64,000 bases of DNA from Nemertoderma westbladi (Eukaryota > Animalia > Xenacoelomorpha): positions 11,892-75,891 of the forward strand of contig JAUCBJ010005732.1 in assembly GCA_032718475.1 (NCBI GenBank), written 5' to 3'. The first letter of the stretch is position 1. Every line of letters starts with the position of its first letter. The translations under genes and the position numbers were made by a program. This document shows positions 1-12,947 of this stretch, one piece after another. The notes below the pieces were generated by a model, which was given only the letters and a program-made list of their open reading frames with translations, was not told the DNA's origin and made no database searches.

Positions 1-729
1 GTGGCTGAAAGCGGCTGTAGGATAGGTGTCATACGGGTCTGGTCTGGACGGTGTCTGTCGGTCTGTAAGTAGGTCGACGATTAACGCTATAAAAATAAAC
101 TACCGGAAAATAAAAAAAATTAACGGAAACAAACGCTCGTGATTGGCGGTTTCCAATGTGGGAATTTTGAAACTCACTATAGTTTTGTACGGTTGTTTAA
201 GTGGTATTGTATATGCAGCACCCTGGTTTAGTGGTGACATTCCTGGTCTCCCAATCATTCCTAGCCCAAACCTGGCTTTCATCCTTATATGGTGGATAAA
301 GGGGAACTTACTGTGGAAGATCGCTTATATTGGTAAACAGGCATTCATTGGCTTAACGAGCCTAAAAGATTCTCCCATTCATTAAGTGGTGGTATTCACT
401 TACAACATAAAGTTAATGTTTATTTTACTGTGTAATATACTTTATTTTACATTAATATCTGTCTGTACAATATATTTTTCGTAATTTTTACTCTATTTTA
501 AACATCAACCGTACAAATACAGAAATGTTGATTGCATTTGTACCGTTATGTAGTCATTTGAATATACTGGAGGATGAGGTGACAAAGTCAGGTGGGATAA
601 CTACTACTATAATCGGCCTGCTGCATTTAAACTGCACATTGAGATGCTATGCCAGCTTAACAAAAACATATTCTCACCATCATGTAATCCACAATTGACA
701 AGCCCACTTGAGCATGCATTAAGAATGCT

Positions 730-1520
730 ATGCCAATCAAAGTTGCACCGCCACAACTCCCTATCCCCCATGAATTTAAGGAGATTATTCACATTATTCA
801 AAGGCCAGAGTCCTTTAGGAGGCGTTTCACGAAAGTCACGGGCTGCCACCATGCTTATTCACTCCAAGAGGACGCCGAAGCGCAAGATTATGCACTGGCT
901 GGTTCTGACGGCGAAAGCAATGTCCTGCAAAGCGGGGGCGGTTCTGTTCAAGTGTCAAGCTAGGGGAGATTAATGGAACACCTCCAATGTTGTATATAGT
1001 CAGATTAAATCACATTAAATCCGGTGCATCATTCTTGTGAATGTGCCATCGAGAGATTTGTTATTCTCTGCAGTCAGAGTCCAGCTTGGACTTCCATAAG
1101 AGTACTGGTACTACTGCTGCCATAAATAATCGAACCTTAAGGTTCCGTTTTATTCTATGGGACTTCCAAATCCTTGTCGGAATGGACTATTTAACGCTGC
1201 CCTTGCCTTCCCCTTACGTATCCGTAGGTTTTCACCTGACTTTCTGATCTATGATCCCAATTAGCAGAAGTCATCCACGTGCTCAAGCCAGCCGTCCTTA
1301 GAGCTTATGCCCTTCCGATCAGACATTTATAAAGGGCTGTCTACTGTAGGTTGACTGTCATGATTTTGGTCTTCTTTGAATTTACAAAAAGATCAACACT
1401 AGAAGCAACCTGCTCCAATGAGCAGAGGAACCTTTGGGCTCCCTCTAGTGATTCAGTACCCCTATGTTTGTTGCGCAGTCCAGGTCAGGTCAGGTATTCT
1501 AGGTCATTGATCAAGAAAAC
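730..1520 (-). mobile_element. Degenerate 3' fragment of an RTE-clade non-LTR retrotransposon (RT C-terminal region)
   Basis: Manual minus-strand translation across stops/frameshifts gives ...VNSKKTKIM...EHVDDFC*LGS...RIWKS...LKVRLF...VLL(Y)GSPSWTLT...SLDGTFTRMM...RFAGHCFRR...MGDRELWR, the motif series typical of RTE-clade RT/C-terminal domains. Boundaries approximate. Confidence 0.7.
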
Positions 1521-2686
1521 TTGCCACCTCCATGCAGCATAAAGGAGGTACTACCTGTAGCTGCAGACCCTCTTACCGGGGCAAATCTGGTCCTGTAACT
1601 AGGACCCCCTTCGTTCTGGGATAAGGACGCCCTTGGTCCTGGATTAAATTGTAGGAAAAAACCAGGACTGCGGTGTTGGTGACTGGAAATACCGGCAGAC
1701 ACCGCACGCCAGCGTAATTATAGTGGGAGTTTTCTCTCAACTTCTTTTTAATTTATATTGCTTTGATTTGAAGACGTGGACCCAAATAAATGCCGATTGC
1801 TTATTTTGCCTCTCCGCGTGGGATGTTCAAACATTTATATTGTTTCGTTTATACTAAATTGAACATAAATGGACGACTGGAAAGAAGGAAAAATAAGGAA
1901 ATCTTTCATTGGCTAAGGAAAAGGATTGGGTATTTCAAAAATGAACGTGGTGTCGGTGTCGGTCAAAATTTGGCCGACACCGCAGCTTTTGGAAAAAACA
2001 GAGGCCCAGTTCAGTGTGCCCTAGCACGCTATAGTTATAGTAGTTAGTAAAGCTACTAACTGGATATTTAAGTTAAAGTGTGATTTTTTTAATTTTGCAT
2101 AGTTTGCGAAACTTATCCGGCCTTCCCTGATTTCTGCATACATTTCAATAAATTTGACAGAGCTTTTGCTGAGAAATTGACTTTCAAACATTGAGCCAGG
2201 CTTCGGACTGACAGACGGACAATATCGATGTTAACCTCTGTACTGTACGTACTGCAGTAGCAATACAGGAACGCAATAATTTTTATTGTCCGTTTAAATC
2301 CTTTTTTTGTCCTTTTTTTTTTTGATTTTTTATGTCCTCCAAAAGTCTAATGTTAGGTTCCATGCTACCGGTTTCTCTACTGCTGTTCTCTCAGGCTATC
2401 AGTACCGGTATTACTGTAGTATATATAGCACTATTTTGCTGTATTGTATGTACAGATGTAGGTATAAAGCAGATATTTCTGTATTTTAGTACCGGTACCG
2501 GTGTCACAAGGAAATCAGCCCCCCCTAGAATATGCCCCCCGGGGCATTATTTTCTAGGATATTATGTCCCCCCGGGCAATTTTTCCTAGGAATTTTAGCC
2601 CGGGGGGGCATTTTCTCCTTAGGAAATAATGCCTCCCCTCAGGAAAATTAGCCCCCCTCAAAAGTCTGAAAACTGGTACGATACTG

Positions 2687-5410
2687 CCCGGGTTGAGATT
2701 CTTAGTATATTTCCTAAGTTCTAAACAAGTCTGCTTAGAAAGGCTTAGAACGCTTAGCAACGCTGGTGCAAAGGGTGAGTAAAGTACTTAACAAATTTTC
2801 CAATTTCATAAAAATGACATTGCAAGTTTATAATGTTTAGTAAGTTGTTGCTATGTGACTGACAAGTATTACAGGATATATAAACGTGCTTTATATGTAA
2901 CCGATGATATATGCAAGCACTTTGCAAGTGTAATGAACTAATAACATGCGCATTACAAATCTAGCATATATCTGTTCTTATATATTCCCGGCACTAGTTC
3001 GAACCTGCGTCGCATTGGTTTGATACTCTTTGTTGCAACCCCCCCCCCCCCTCCCCCATGACATATGTAAACAAATTAATACAGAGACTCAATGTTTTTA
3101 ATATAAACAACATATAAACAAACATATTATTACTGTACGTTACATACACATCAGATCTAAACGCGTAAATACTGTAGGTCTACACTAAAACACAGTTACG
3201 TCGGAAAAATTTATCCAAAAAGTTCAAAAATGGTATTCCTCATTCTGTTTATGCAATAAAACTATTTAATTCAAATTTGTAATCTTATCAAGCGCTACAG
3301 TAGATTACGATTTGAGCACGAAATAAAATAGAAAATTTATTACCCGTCATATAAAGTTACCAATAACATCATCATATTATATTATAACTATATGGATTGC
3401 AGCAATTGTATTTTGAACATTAGGGTTAACTTTTCCCAACGAAAATAGTGGTTCAATGAATAAATTAAAATTAGAAATACATACACAGAAACATTAAAAA
3501 TGATTTTAGACATGTTCAAAATCATTAATACAAGGAATTCCAAATAATGAAGTGCTACGGCTACCATTCATAGTACTGGTATTGTAGATATAGATATAAG
3601 GTTATTATTGAGATTAGATGCAGGATAACTAGCGGTTCATTGTGGTGGTCCAGTTGAATTTTAGGGCATTTTTTTTACAATTTCGTTACCGGTACTACCC
3701 GGTGTCTGTGAGAAAAGACGGTTTCCTTGGGAAAATGTCTGGAAAACACAGAATAAAAAATCAGGGAAAATATTTTTAAAGTAGGCCTACTTTTTTATCT
3801 TCATTTTGTTATTTTTTATTGGGAGCTGACGCTCCCATACCCCAGACCCCCGTTTAGTACAATGAAACGGCTTTAACAATAATATAATATAAAGCAAAAT
3901 TACAATTAATATTATACTCTGAGAGTTTTACAAGAACCTACAGTAACTATAATGCCAAATAGATAACATAGATACAAATAAGAGAAAGCACAACACATTA
4001 CATAGTTTACAGATTCAGTTTACAGCGTCAGACGAGTGGAGTGATCGGCAATCCAGCTCCATCCTCCGTACCCAGACCACTGTGCCACTATAGCCTCGAC
4101 TCCCTGATGCAATGAGAAGCCCCTCGAACTATGGCGAACTGCACACGGCGGCGAACCCACTCCATGACGGTGCTATAAGGTCTGTCCCAGTTGTGGTGTA
4201 ACCTATCAGCGAAGATACTCGGGAGCTTGTTGGCATGCGGTGCCAGAACTCCATTCTACGGAGAGACAAGAGACTACGAAGGGTGCAAAGTCAGCTCTCC
4301 TCTGTCTCGCTGGTTCCACATATAGTGCGGTTTTAGCGTCCTCCACAGATTCTAGGACCCTCATCGGGGGGCGTCGCGCATATGGCTCGGCGTCATCGGT
4401 TTACGACCCTGATATCTAACAACGCCTGACTCTGCCGGTTGAATGCCCCCCGAACTCATACATCACACCAAGTCCTGTCTCTCCACTTAATCCAGGCTGG
4501 TCTCTGACTATGGGTTCCGACTGTCACGTTTCGTGGTCCAAATGCTAGAGAGGCCAGATCCCCAACAACATCACGGAGTTCAATATATGTATTTGGATTA
4601 TGAGGCCTTTTTTAAATTCCAATTCTTCCAAAGTCAATTGTTATTAATCAAATTTCACTAACATTCAAATAACTTGAATTTTAATTGTATCAATTAGGCA
4701 TTAATTCAATTAAATTGTCAATTAGCAACAATCGGACAATTAGGCAAACCATAAATATTTCATTAACGATATAGACACTAGACAGTACAAACAAAACAAA
4801 TAAACAATAAACAAAACAAGTATACAACAGGCACTAAACAATTAAAGATTACAAAACTCTATAAAGAATAACAAAATTAAAGAGTACAAAATACAATAAA
4901 CAATTGAATTGAAGTAAACAAACAGCAATAAAGCTACCAGTATAAATTAAAGTAACAAAACCTTATACAGTACACTATTTATTAAAGTAAGCAAAACTCA
5001 TTAAGCAATTAAACGTAAATAAAGAAAACTCTATAAACGCAACTCTGCATTAGGCCTACTGACCACAAAATGACTGAATGAGTCATTTATTGGCGGTGGA
5101 TCATGTGACTGATTTTTAATTGCAATGCGTGTCAAGCACCACTAAAGTTCTTATTAAATTTTTGTCAAGTTATAAAGTCAACGAAAGTATGTTCTAGGTA
5201 TACAAAATTTGTTAAAAATTTGGTAAGTGCATTGCATGATAAGTGCCCACCCAAATATTTCTTAAAATCTATACTGTACTTGGCAAGTATTTTTTAATTC
5301 CTTAACAAATAATGCAAAATGTGGTAATTGTAAAAATTTAGTAAAATTATCATGCCAGTACCTTGCCATTAGGTAGTACTTTACTAATATGATAAGATTC
5401 TCAACCCGGG
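2687..5410. mobile_element. Nested non-autonomous TIR element with CCC...GGG termini and 2-bp TSD (CMC/EnSpm-like)
   Basis: CCCGGGTTGAGATTCTTAGTATAT at 2687 vs reverse complement of right end CCCGGGTTGAGAATCTTATCATAT; TG on both sides (2685-2686, 5411-5412). Superfamily inferred from termini/TSD only. Confidence 0.68.
4028..4590 (-). mobile_element. 5'-truncated CRE-clade non-LTR retrotransposon fragment (restriction-like endonuclease C-terminus)
   Basis: Manual translation across frameshifts: ELRDVVGDLASLAF...EPIV...VRGAF...ALLDIRVVN..DAEPY...AKTALY...DFAPFVVS...GVLAPHA...RPYSTVMEWVRRRVQFAIVRG..HCIRESR, which matches the CRE RLE pattern. Confidence 0.72.
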
Positions 5411-5634
5411 TGGTCTGCTGGTAGCCACTTTTAATCTACCAACTGCAGAACTTGTAATAGTTGGAAGAATAGTACGGTACCGGTCTGCCGGTAGGTAAGC
5501 AGGTAAGGCAGTAAGGGATGTAGAACAGCATACTGAAGTATCTAAGTCAGTACTGCAGTAGGCTACTGTAGTAAGTACTGGTATAACAGCAGTGCGAGTG
5601 TTGTGTGGGCGCCGAGCAGCTCCAAGCTTTTTTA

Positions 5635-5962
5635 AGTCTGTAACCTGCTCCTTTTCCTGATTTGGTAAAGTGATTGTTTATTGTTTTGGTTTGAAAATCC
5701 CGCCTCTGTAACCTGCTCCTTTCTCTCAATTGGCAATGTTATCGTTTATTGTTTTGGTTAGAAAATCCCGTCTCTGTAACCTGCTCTTTTCCCTGATTTG
5801 CTAAAGTGACTGTTTATTGTTTTGGTTAGAAAATCCCGCCTCTGTAACCTGCTCCTTTCCCTCAATTAGTTAAATGATCGTTTATTGTTTTGGTTAGAAA
5901 GGCCTGCCTCTGTAACCTGCTCTTTTCCTTCATTTGGTAAAGTTACTGTGTTTATTGTTTTG
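5635..5962. repeat. 68-69 bp tandem repeat (~5 units)
   Basis: Unit CCCGCCTCTGTAACCTGCTCCTTTCCCTCAATT...GTTTATTGTTTTGGTTAGAAAAT repeated directly. Confidence 0.9.
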
Positions 5963-6392
5963 TATAATTTTTGTAAGTTTTAGTAGTAATAAGTTTTGTT
6001 TATTGTATAATTCAGGGGGGGCATAATTTCCTAAGGGGGGACATTTTTTCCTAGGGAAATTTGCCCGGGGGGGCATTTTTTCCTAGGAAAATATGCCCCC
6101 CCGGGCACATTTCCCGGGGGGGCACATTTTCCTGTTACACCGGCACCGGTACTGCTATAGGCCTACTGTGTAGCCTACCATTTAAATACGGTAATGGTAG
6201 GCCTACCGGTTGTGCTAATAAATTTTAAATAATTGATAGGCCAAACTGGATTGCAGGATTGTGGAAAATGTGGATATACCTTTCACATAATTTAGGCCTT
6301 ACTGTATTAGTTTTATAATCAATAATGGATCATGACTACTGTCTGAGTAGTGTTACGGATAGCGGCACCACTACTTCCAACAGCACAGAAGG

Positions 6393-6858
6393 CCCGCCTC
6401 TGTAACCTGCCCCTTTCCCTCAATTAGTTAAATGATCGTTTATTGTTTTGGTTAGATAATCCCGCCTCTGTAACCTGCTCCTTTCCCTCAATTGGTAATG
6501 TTATCGTTTATTGTTTTGGTTAGAAAATCCCGCCTCTGTAACCTGCTCCTTTCTCTCAATTGGTAATGTTATCGTTTATTGTTTTGGTTAGAAAATCCCG
6601 TCTCTGTAACCTGCTCCTTTCCCTCAATTAGTTAAATGATCGTTTATTGTTTTGGTTAGAAAATCCCGCCTCTGTAACCTGCCCCTTTCCCTCAAATAGT
6701 TAAATGATCGTATATTGTTTTGGTTAGAAAATTCCGCCTCTGTAACCTGTCCCTTACCCTCAATTAGTTAAATGATCGTTTATTGTTTTGGTTAGAAAAT
6801 CCCGCCTCTGTAACCTGCTCCTTTCCCTCAATAAGTTAAGTGATCGTTTATTGTTTTG
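6393..6858. repeat. 68-69 bp tandem repeat (~7 units), same family as 5635-5962
   Basis: Same unit in direct tandem copies. Confidence 0.92.
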
Positions 6859-8800
6859 CTACGTCATGTGGTAATCGATTATCGACAACAACCACAAACT
6901 ATTAAATATAGAGTCTTTTTACCACAGGCGCATATGGAAATCTATCTTATAGTCTATAAATCATGGAATCATAGAATGTTTTGGGACAGGCATAGTGAAA
7001 TCAACTGTCTGACAGTCCAGAAATCAGCATTCTGACAGTTTGAAGAAATACATACATGAAAAGTCATTAAAAGGACAATAAAAGTCATTAAAAGGACAAC
7101 AAAAGTCATTATGCATAATTCGTAAAAAAAAATGACAAAAAAAGTCAAATAAAAGGACATAAAAAATCACTGCCATACAGGAAAAAACTCATTTATTTTG
7201 TACTCATACATTTTATACCTAAACGGGTGGCCCTTCTAAATTGATTTAGATATTGTTCAGTTATGCGCATGCGCCAGGCCCATTCCATGTAGGTGATAAG
7301 AAGGACGCTGTGATTGGCCATTTATCTGTTTGCTGGACGAATAAGAAAGCTAGTAGCTACTCATATCCAAGTAAAAACCGGTTTACTGAATTTTATGCAA
7401 TATCAACGACAACTTACTGGAACCGGTAAAAACCAGTTTTGTTATTATATGGTTGCAAAACAGACCTATATTATTATTACTCTTCAAGATTTTATATTGA
7501 ATTTTGTTTTTAGATTGTATTGAATTTATCTTATATCCTATTCTGATTTTGTACCGTAAAATGTATTCGTATCTATAGATATGTATTAACCCAATTATTT
7601 GTTTGTGTTGGTAATTTTGCAAATCAGTATGCGATAAAGACATCCAGCGATCGGTTCGGAATTAAAACCCCATTGTTTTAACATGAGAGGCACATTCTCC
7701 GTCTAATAATTATGGAGTGAGGAGGTCGAGCCGTACCGGCCGACTGCAGGGGCCCAAAATGGATGGATGATGTTACACAACACGAGTGAAACATAAGGGC
7801 AGTAAGTTGGACTGGGCAAGCCACAAGGGGAGGGGGGTCTCATTAGGTTGATGTACACAATTCTATTAGGTTAACTGGTGCTTTAACTATTTCCTGTACT
7901 TGGGTTTGGGCCAAAATAAACCGGGATACCCCATCATAATAACCACAGGCAGCACGGAAGTGCAAAGGGGGGGGGGGGGGGGGGGGGGGGGAGAGTGTTG
8001 ATATATATTTGCATTTGGTATCAGCGCTCATCGTTTTGGCTAGGTTTGGGTCTCATTGGGATACTAATATTCATTTCACTTCATCTTAAATTATTTTGAC
8101 CTTTTGTTTGGGGTGAGTAAGCTTATATACCAAGTTTCAGCTACAGCATTATTCACAGTCCAGCAGTAAATGTATTTGGGGTATTTAGATAGAGTTAATC
8201 ATCTCTCGCAATCATTAGTTGGACACTCTTACAGTTACTTTACAGAGTAGAAGTGAAAATTAGAGAATATCGGCAAATTCATCCACGAGATAACCAGGTT
8301 TAGTATTGCGTATAGTTTCCTTCCTTTTACTACTGTACTACCGTCGACAGTGGTGTGGTGTATAGAAATATACAGAATTTGTTTTAGTGGGAAAATTTAA
8401 GATAAATTGTTGTTTATATTTTGTAAATTGTACTCGATACAACCCTTACCTATCGGCAGTTTAGTTTGCAGTATATGTGGTGGATAAGGGGCCATCACGC
8501 TAGTAAATTGTATTAAAGGTTGATAATATTAGCAGGCCGGCAGGGATTCCTCACCAACTGGAGTTTCCTTGTTGATCTTTATATAGACCGGTTTATTGTT
8601 TTGTTTTCTTTCGAAACTGATACGTATTGCGATAATTTGATACGTATTCTACAATCGATCTGGCCTGTACTCAACTGTATGCCAAGGCCCACTACGGACT
8701 TCGTGGCTCACCCCACATTGTGTTGGATTTATTATGTCTAGATTTATATTTCTTTTGTTACATATTTGTTTGATTTAATTTTTTAAATAAATTATTACAG

Positions 8801-8921
8801 GCGATAATTGTGGCGATGACGTTCTGATACCTCGAATAGAACTAACGACTAAAGAAGGAGATTTCCCTCTAAAGTGGCGTCGTCGTCAGTTTCCCGTCAG
8901 GCCCGCCTTTGCAATGACAAT
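8801..8921 (+). pseudogene. Helitron/Pif1-family helicase exon, 5' part (split by LINE insertion)
   Basis: After acceptor TTATTACAG the frame reads DNCGDDVLIPRIELTTKEGDFPLKWRRRQFPVRPAFAMTI, the conserved Pif1/Helitron segment preceding NKSQGQT. Confidence 0.85.
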
Positions 8922-9212
8922 ATTAATTATTGTATTGACAGTATTGTATTGAGCAATTTATACAGATTAGCAAACAATACTATCCTGTAAACTGCTTGTA
9001 CTGACCTAACCTGTGTACTGTACTGACCTTGATATATCTGTATATGATATACCTGACTTTGGATCCAGAGGACGGTTACACCTCAAACAAGCAATTCTTC
9101 CGGCGAAGAATCAGATTCTATAGCATTAATACTGGATCGCGGTACCGGTACGGGTACGGCAGATACAACGGCCTCGGCGACGAACACATCCGATATCGAA
9201 TTACTGCGCGCA

Positions 9213-10481
9213 GTGCCGAGAGGCAAGCAGAAAACTAAATCCCCAAAGAAACGACCTATAACCAAGGCGATTCGGAACGTCACCAAAGCCGCAACTGGCA
9301 CCGGACGGGGGCCTACACTGGAACTGACGGATAAGCGGAAATCATCCCGAGTTATCAAGAAACCGAATGAATCCCCAACAATCCGCAACAGTTCCCAGAG
9401 GCCTACTACTACCGTGACCGGATGCATGCCGTTGGCTTCACCTAAAACTCACACTCCGACCTCGGAGCTTGAGCAGTCTGGTGCAATGGCCAACGATACA
9501 GGGAACGATTCGAGTAGTATTTGCCCTCACTGTAATAAGAAAGTTGGGTCAACAAACCCATTACGCTGTAATATTTGCGTTAAACTGATTCATTGTTCTT
9601 GTTTGAATATAACCGAGATTGAAGCTACTCTGATATCAAAGTGCAAAAACTGCAAAATAATGTGCAACCTGTGCGACTCCGACGGGAAATCGTTCAGTCG
9701 TCACTCAACAAGTTTGGTGGAAGAGGTTAAACAGGTGGTCGTTTCACAGATGACAGGGTTTAGCGACAGTCTGGATACATTGCAAAAGGAGGTCCGTGAG
9801 CTAAAAACTGGTGGACGGGCCAACAATCCCGAGTTCGAGGAGGTCTCGGACTTGGACATGGACGAGGAGGATGGAGTCGAGTGGATTATCCCGAAGGATA
9901 AATGGCGCTTGAAAACAAAAAGGAAGAAAGCCCCAACACCATTCGCACAAGTAGTGCAGGATTCGGTACGTGACGCTTTAGAAATACAGACAAAACATGA
10001 TCAAGTTAAGAGAGAAGTTATAGTCTCCCGATTGGAGGAATCTAAATCCCCGAAGGATGAAAGGAAGACTATCTCCGATATCTGCACCGTGGCAGGTGTA
10101 AGCCCAAATACAGTTACAGACATAGTTCACCTTGGTCGACCGGTGGATAAAAGGAACAGGTTGTTAAAAGTGACCTTCACTACGGAACAAGATGCCAGAG
10201 ACTTTTGGGTAGGTTTCGATGATTCGAAAAGCTCGGAGACTCCATCCATATACGATAAACTTACGGTACGCCCGAGCCGGACAGAGGAAACCGAACGCCA
10301 TATCCGTTCTCAACGGAAGATAGTGAGTCGAATGAACAAAGAGATAAAAGATAGCGATGAGGACAATACTACTTCCAGCTACAGCATCCGCCCCGATGGT
10401 ACGATATGGAAGTTTGTAAAGCAGGACGATGGTTACTGGAGACGTGATCGCTCTTGGAAACAGGAGCAGGAAAACGAGTAA
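9213..10481 (+). CDS. LINE ORF1 protein (PHD finger, coiled coil, RRM-like region)
   Basis: 422 aa; CPHC...CNIC..LIHCSC...CNLC PHD pattern, heptad region, and HLGRP..KRNRLLKVTF typical of CR1/L2 ORF1. Starts at GTG, possibly a mutated ATG. Confidence 0.82.
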   Translation: MPRGKQKTKSPKKRPITKAIRNVTKAATGTGRGPTLELTDKRKSSRVIKKPNESPTIRNSSQRPTTTVTGCMPLASPKTHTPTSELEQSGAMANDTGNDSSSICPHCNKKVGSTNPLRCNICVKLIHCSCLNITEIEATLISKCKNCKIMCNLCDSDGKSFSRHSTSLVEEVKQVVVSQMTGFSDSLDTLQKEVRELKTGGRANNPEFEEVSDLDMDEEDGVEWIIPKDKWRLKTKRKKAPTPFAQVVQDSVRDALEIQTKHDQVKREVIVSRLEESKSPKDERKTISDICTVAGVSPNTVTDIVHLGRPVDKRNRLLKVTFTTEQDARDFWVGFDDSKSSETPSIYDKLTVRPSRTEETERHIRSQRKIVSRMNKEIKDSDEDNTTSSYSIRPDGTIWKFVKQDDGYWRRDRSWKQEQENE

Positions 10482-12947
10482 GGGGAGAAACGCGCCAGAT
10501 TTATCAGCGCAAACAGTCGAATGCAACCAAATCAGACTCACGGCGAAATGAACAACCCAAATCTGGTAATCGCTACCACAAGCGAAATAATCAATCTGTC
10601 CCTAAGGCGCTACTTAACTGCTGCTTGATAAATGCGCGTTCATCAGTCTGTAACAAACTGAGCAATCTAGAATCGCTGCTATGTCCACCAAATTATGATA
10701 TCGTAGGAGTGACAGAATCATGGCTACGTGATTCTGTGACGGACCAAATGATAAACGGTGAAAATAAATATGATGTTTTTAGAAATGATAGATTTGGTAA
10801 AATTGGTGGCGGTGCAGCGCTGCTAATTCGAAACAGCATTAAATGTCCCAAGGTGGAAAGTTTCGATACTGAATGTTTGGCTACAGAGGCCGATGTAGTG
10901 GCTGTTGATCTTTTAGGTAAAAACCCGTCTCGTATAATCTGTGTCTATCGTCCCCGACCTAACTTACCTTCTGATTCTATATTGTGCAATTTGTTAGCTA
11001 AATTATGCGACATTGAAACGCCGTGTACTATTATTGGTGATTTTAATTTACCTTTAGTTAAATGGGAAGAATCGGAATTTCCCGACACAGATATATATAA
11101 GGTGTTTTCAACGTTTGTTATGGAAGCTGGTTTATCTCAGCTCCAGTTCAGCCCTACACGTAGCAATAACGTTTTAGATTTAGTGTTTACCACAGATCAA
11201 TTCTATATTTCTAACATTGCAGTTACGGTACCATTCGCAACTAGCGACCATAGTAGCATTTTAATCTTTTAGGACTGATTCCAGTTTCCACCGAGAACCG
11301 GGAATGCCACGGATTTTACGATTTTAAACATGCTGATTACGCAGATTTTACTAACTACATCAACAGTTGCGATTGGTCTAATTTATATCTAATGTGTAAT
11401 ACAGTAGATGATTTTTGGAATGCTTTTTCTTGTAAACTAAAAACGGGTATTGATCAGTTTGTGCCTTTTAAACAATTTAAATCAATCATCAAACCCCACC
11501 CAGAACATATTCGTGTTTTACAGTGCAAAAAGAAACAGCTGTGGCGTCGCCGGCACACAACCGGGGGCAAAATAGCATATGATCAATGTGCTAAAGAAGT
11601 TTCTAAGGAAATCTTCCGTGCGGCTTGCATAAAGGAGAATAAAATTTTATCTTCCGAAAATAAGAGTACCCTTTTCAATTACGTTAACTCCAAGCGTAAA
11701 GGAAAGTCGGGAATTGCCCCTCTGAAACATAAGGGGGATATAGTGGTCGATGATTTGATAAAAGCCCGTATTTTCGCTGAAGTATTAAGCGAAAATTTTA
11801 ATTTAGATAATGATAATATACCTAGTTTTAAACGTAGGATTGATTCTAGAACCAATTTATCAAAAGTTGATTTCTGTCCCGTTACAGTATATGCTATGCT
11901 TAGGAAACTTAAAAAAAAGACCAGCCGTACACCTGACGGATTACCGAACATTCTCTTCTCAAATTTCTCTCGCTGCATTGCGGCACCACTATCGGCACTT
12001 TTCAAAATTTCTTTTGAATATCACGCGTTACCGACGATATGGCTTACAGCCAATGTCATTCCGCTATACAAAAAGGGAAATCCGTCAGACCCGTACAATT
12101 ACAGGCCAGTCTCATTAACATGTGTAGCGTGCAAATTCTTTTGATTCTATTATACATTCAAAGCTATTGATTAAACTGTCTAGTTATGGGATTTCGGGCG
12201 ACCTATTATCTTGGCTATCGGCATTTCTCAGTAACAGAACCCGAAGAATATTTGTTGGAGATAAATATTCCGACTACTGTCGGGTCGTATCCGGAACAAT
12301 ACAGGGCAGTGTCCTCGGACCGGTTTTGTTCCTGATATACATAAACGACTTACCACCGCTTTTGGACAGGGATAACGTGTCCTGCCGTTTATTTGCCGAT
12401 AATGTCAAGCTATATGGTCCGTCCAATGAAAGTCATAGTCTGAACGCTAGCCTCTCTAGGTTAGAGACCTGGGCCAACCTTTGGCAGCTAAATATAGCCC
12501 CGGATAAATGTATGGTTCTACATATAGGTGCAAATAATAATAATTACAATTATGTGCTAGGCAATAAAGTGATAAAGAAGGTTACGAAATGTAAAGATTT
12601 AGGTATTATTATATCTGCGGATTTGAAGTTTGATAAATACTGTAAACAACAGTGTACAAAGGCTTTTAACATAACTAATATGATATTTCGTTGCTTTAAG
12701 ACTAGCAATAAAGGTGCAATATTAACAGCCTATAAATCATACGTTAGACCGATTCTAGAATACTGTACACCAGTATGGTTGCCTTTTTCATTAGGCAGTA
12801 TTGATCTTGTGGAGAGTGTCCAGCGATATTTTACACGTAGATTGTTTAGCCGTTGCAATATTAGTTACAAACCGTACATATATAGAATACAACACCTTAA
12901 TTTACAACCGCTGGAAGTCCGACGATATATTTTTGATCTAAAGTTAC
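10454..12947 (+). pseudogene. LINE ORF2 (AP endonuclease + reverse transcriptase), frameshifted, internally deleted and interrupted
   Basis: APE motifs INARS, VTESWL, GDFN, LDLVF, SDH (10454-11272); RT motifs YRPVSLT, GTIQGSVLGPVLFLIYINDL, FADN in place of catalytic (Y/F)ADD; frameshift ~11270; the RT segment between VACKF and FDSIIH is missing at ~12140. Confidence 0.9.

Larger units (their letters stand above)
2498..6143. mobile_element. Non-autonomous TIR DNA transposon with GC-rich subterminal repeats
   Basis: Left end CCGGTGTCACAAGGAAAT vs reverse complement of right end CCGGTGTAACAGGAAAAT; clusters of CCCCCC/GGGGGG and CCTAGG motifs at 2515-2660 and 6014-6125; imperfect 8-bp flanks TACCGGTA (2490-2497) / CACCGGTA (6144-6151). 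No transposase ORF. Confidence 0.62.

Noticed and set aside
644-973. Plus-strand ORFs of 109 and 77 aa
   Set aside because: Antisense to the degenerate RTE fragment.
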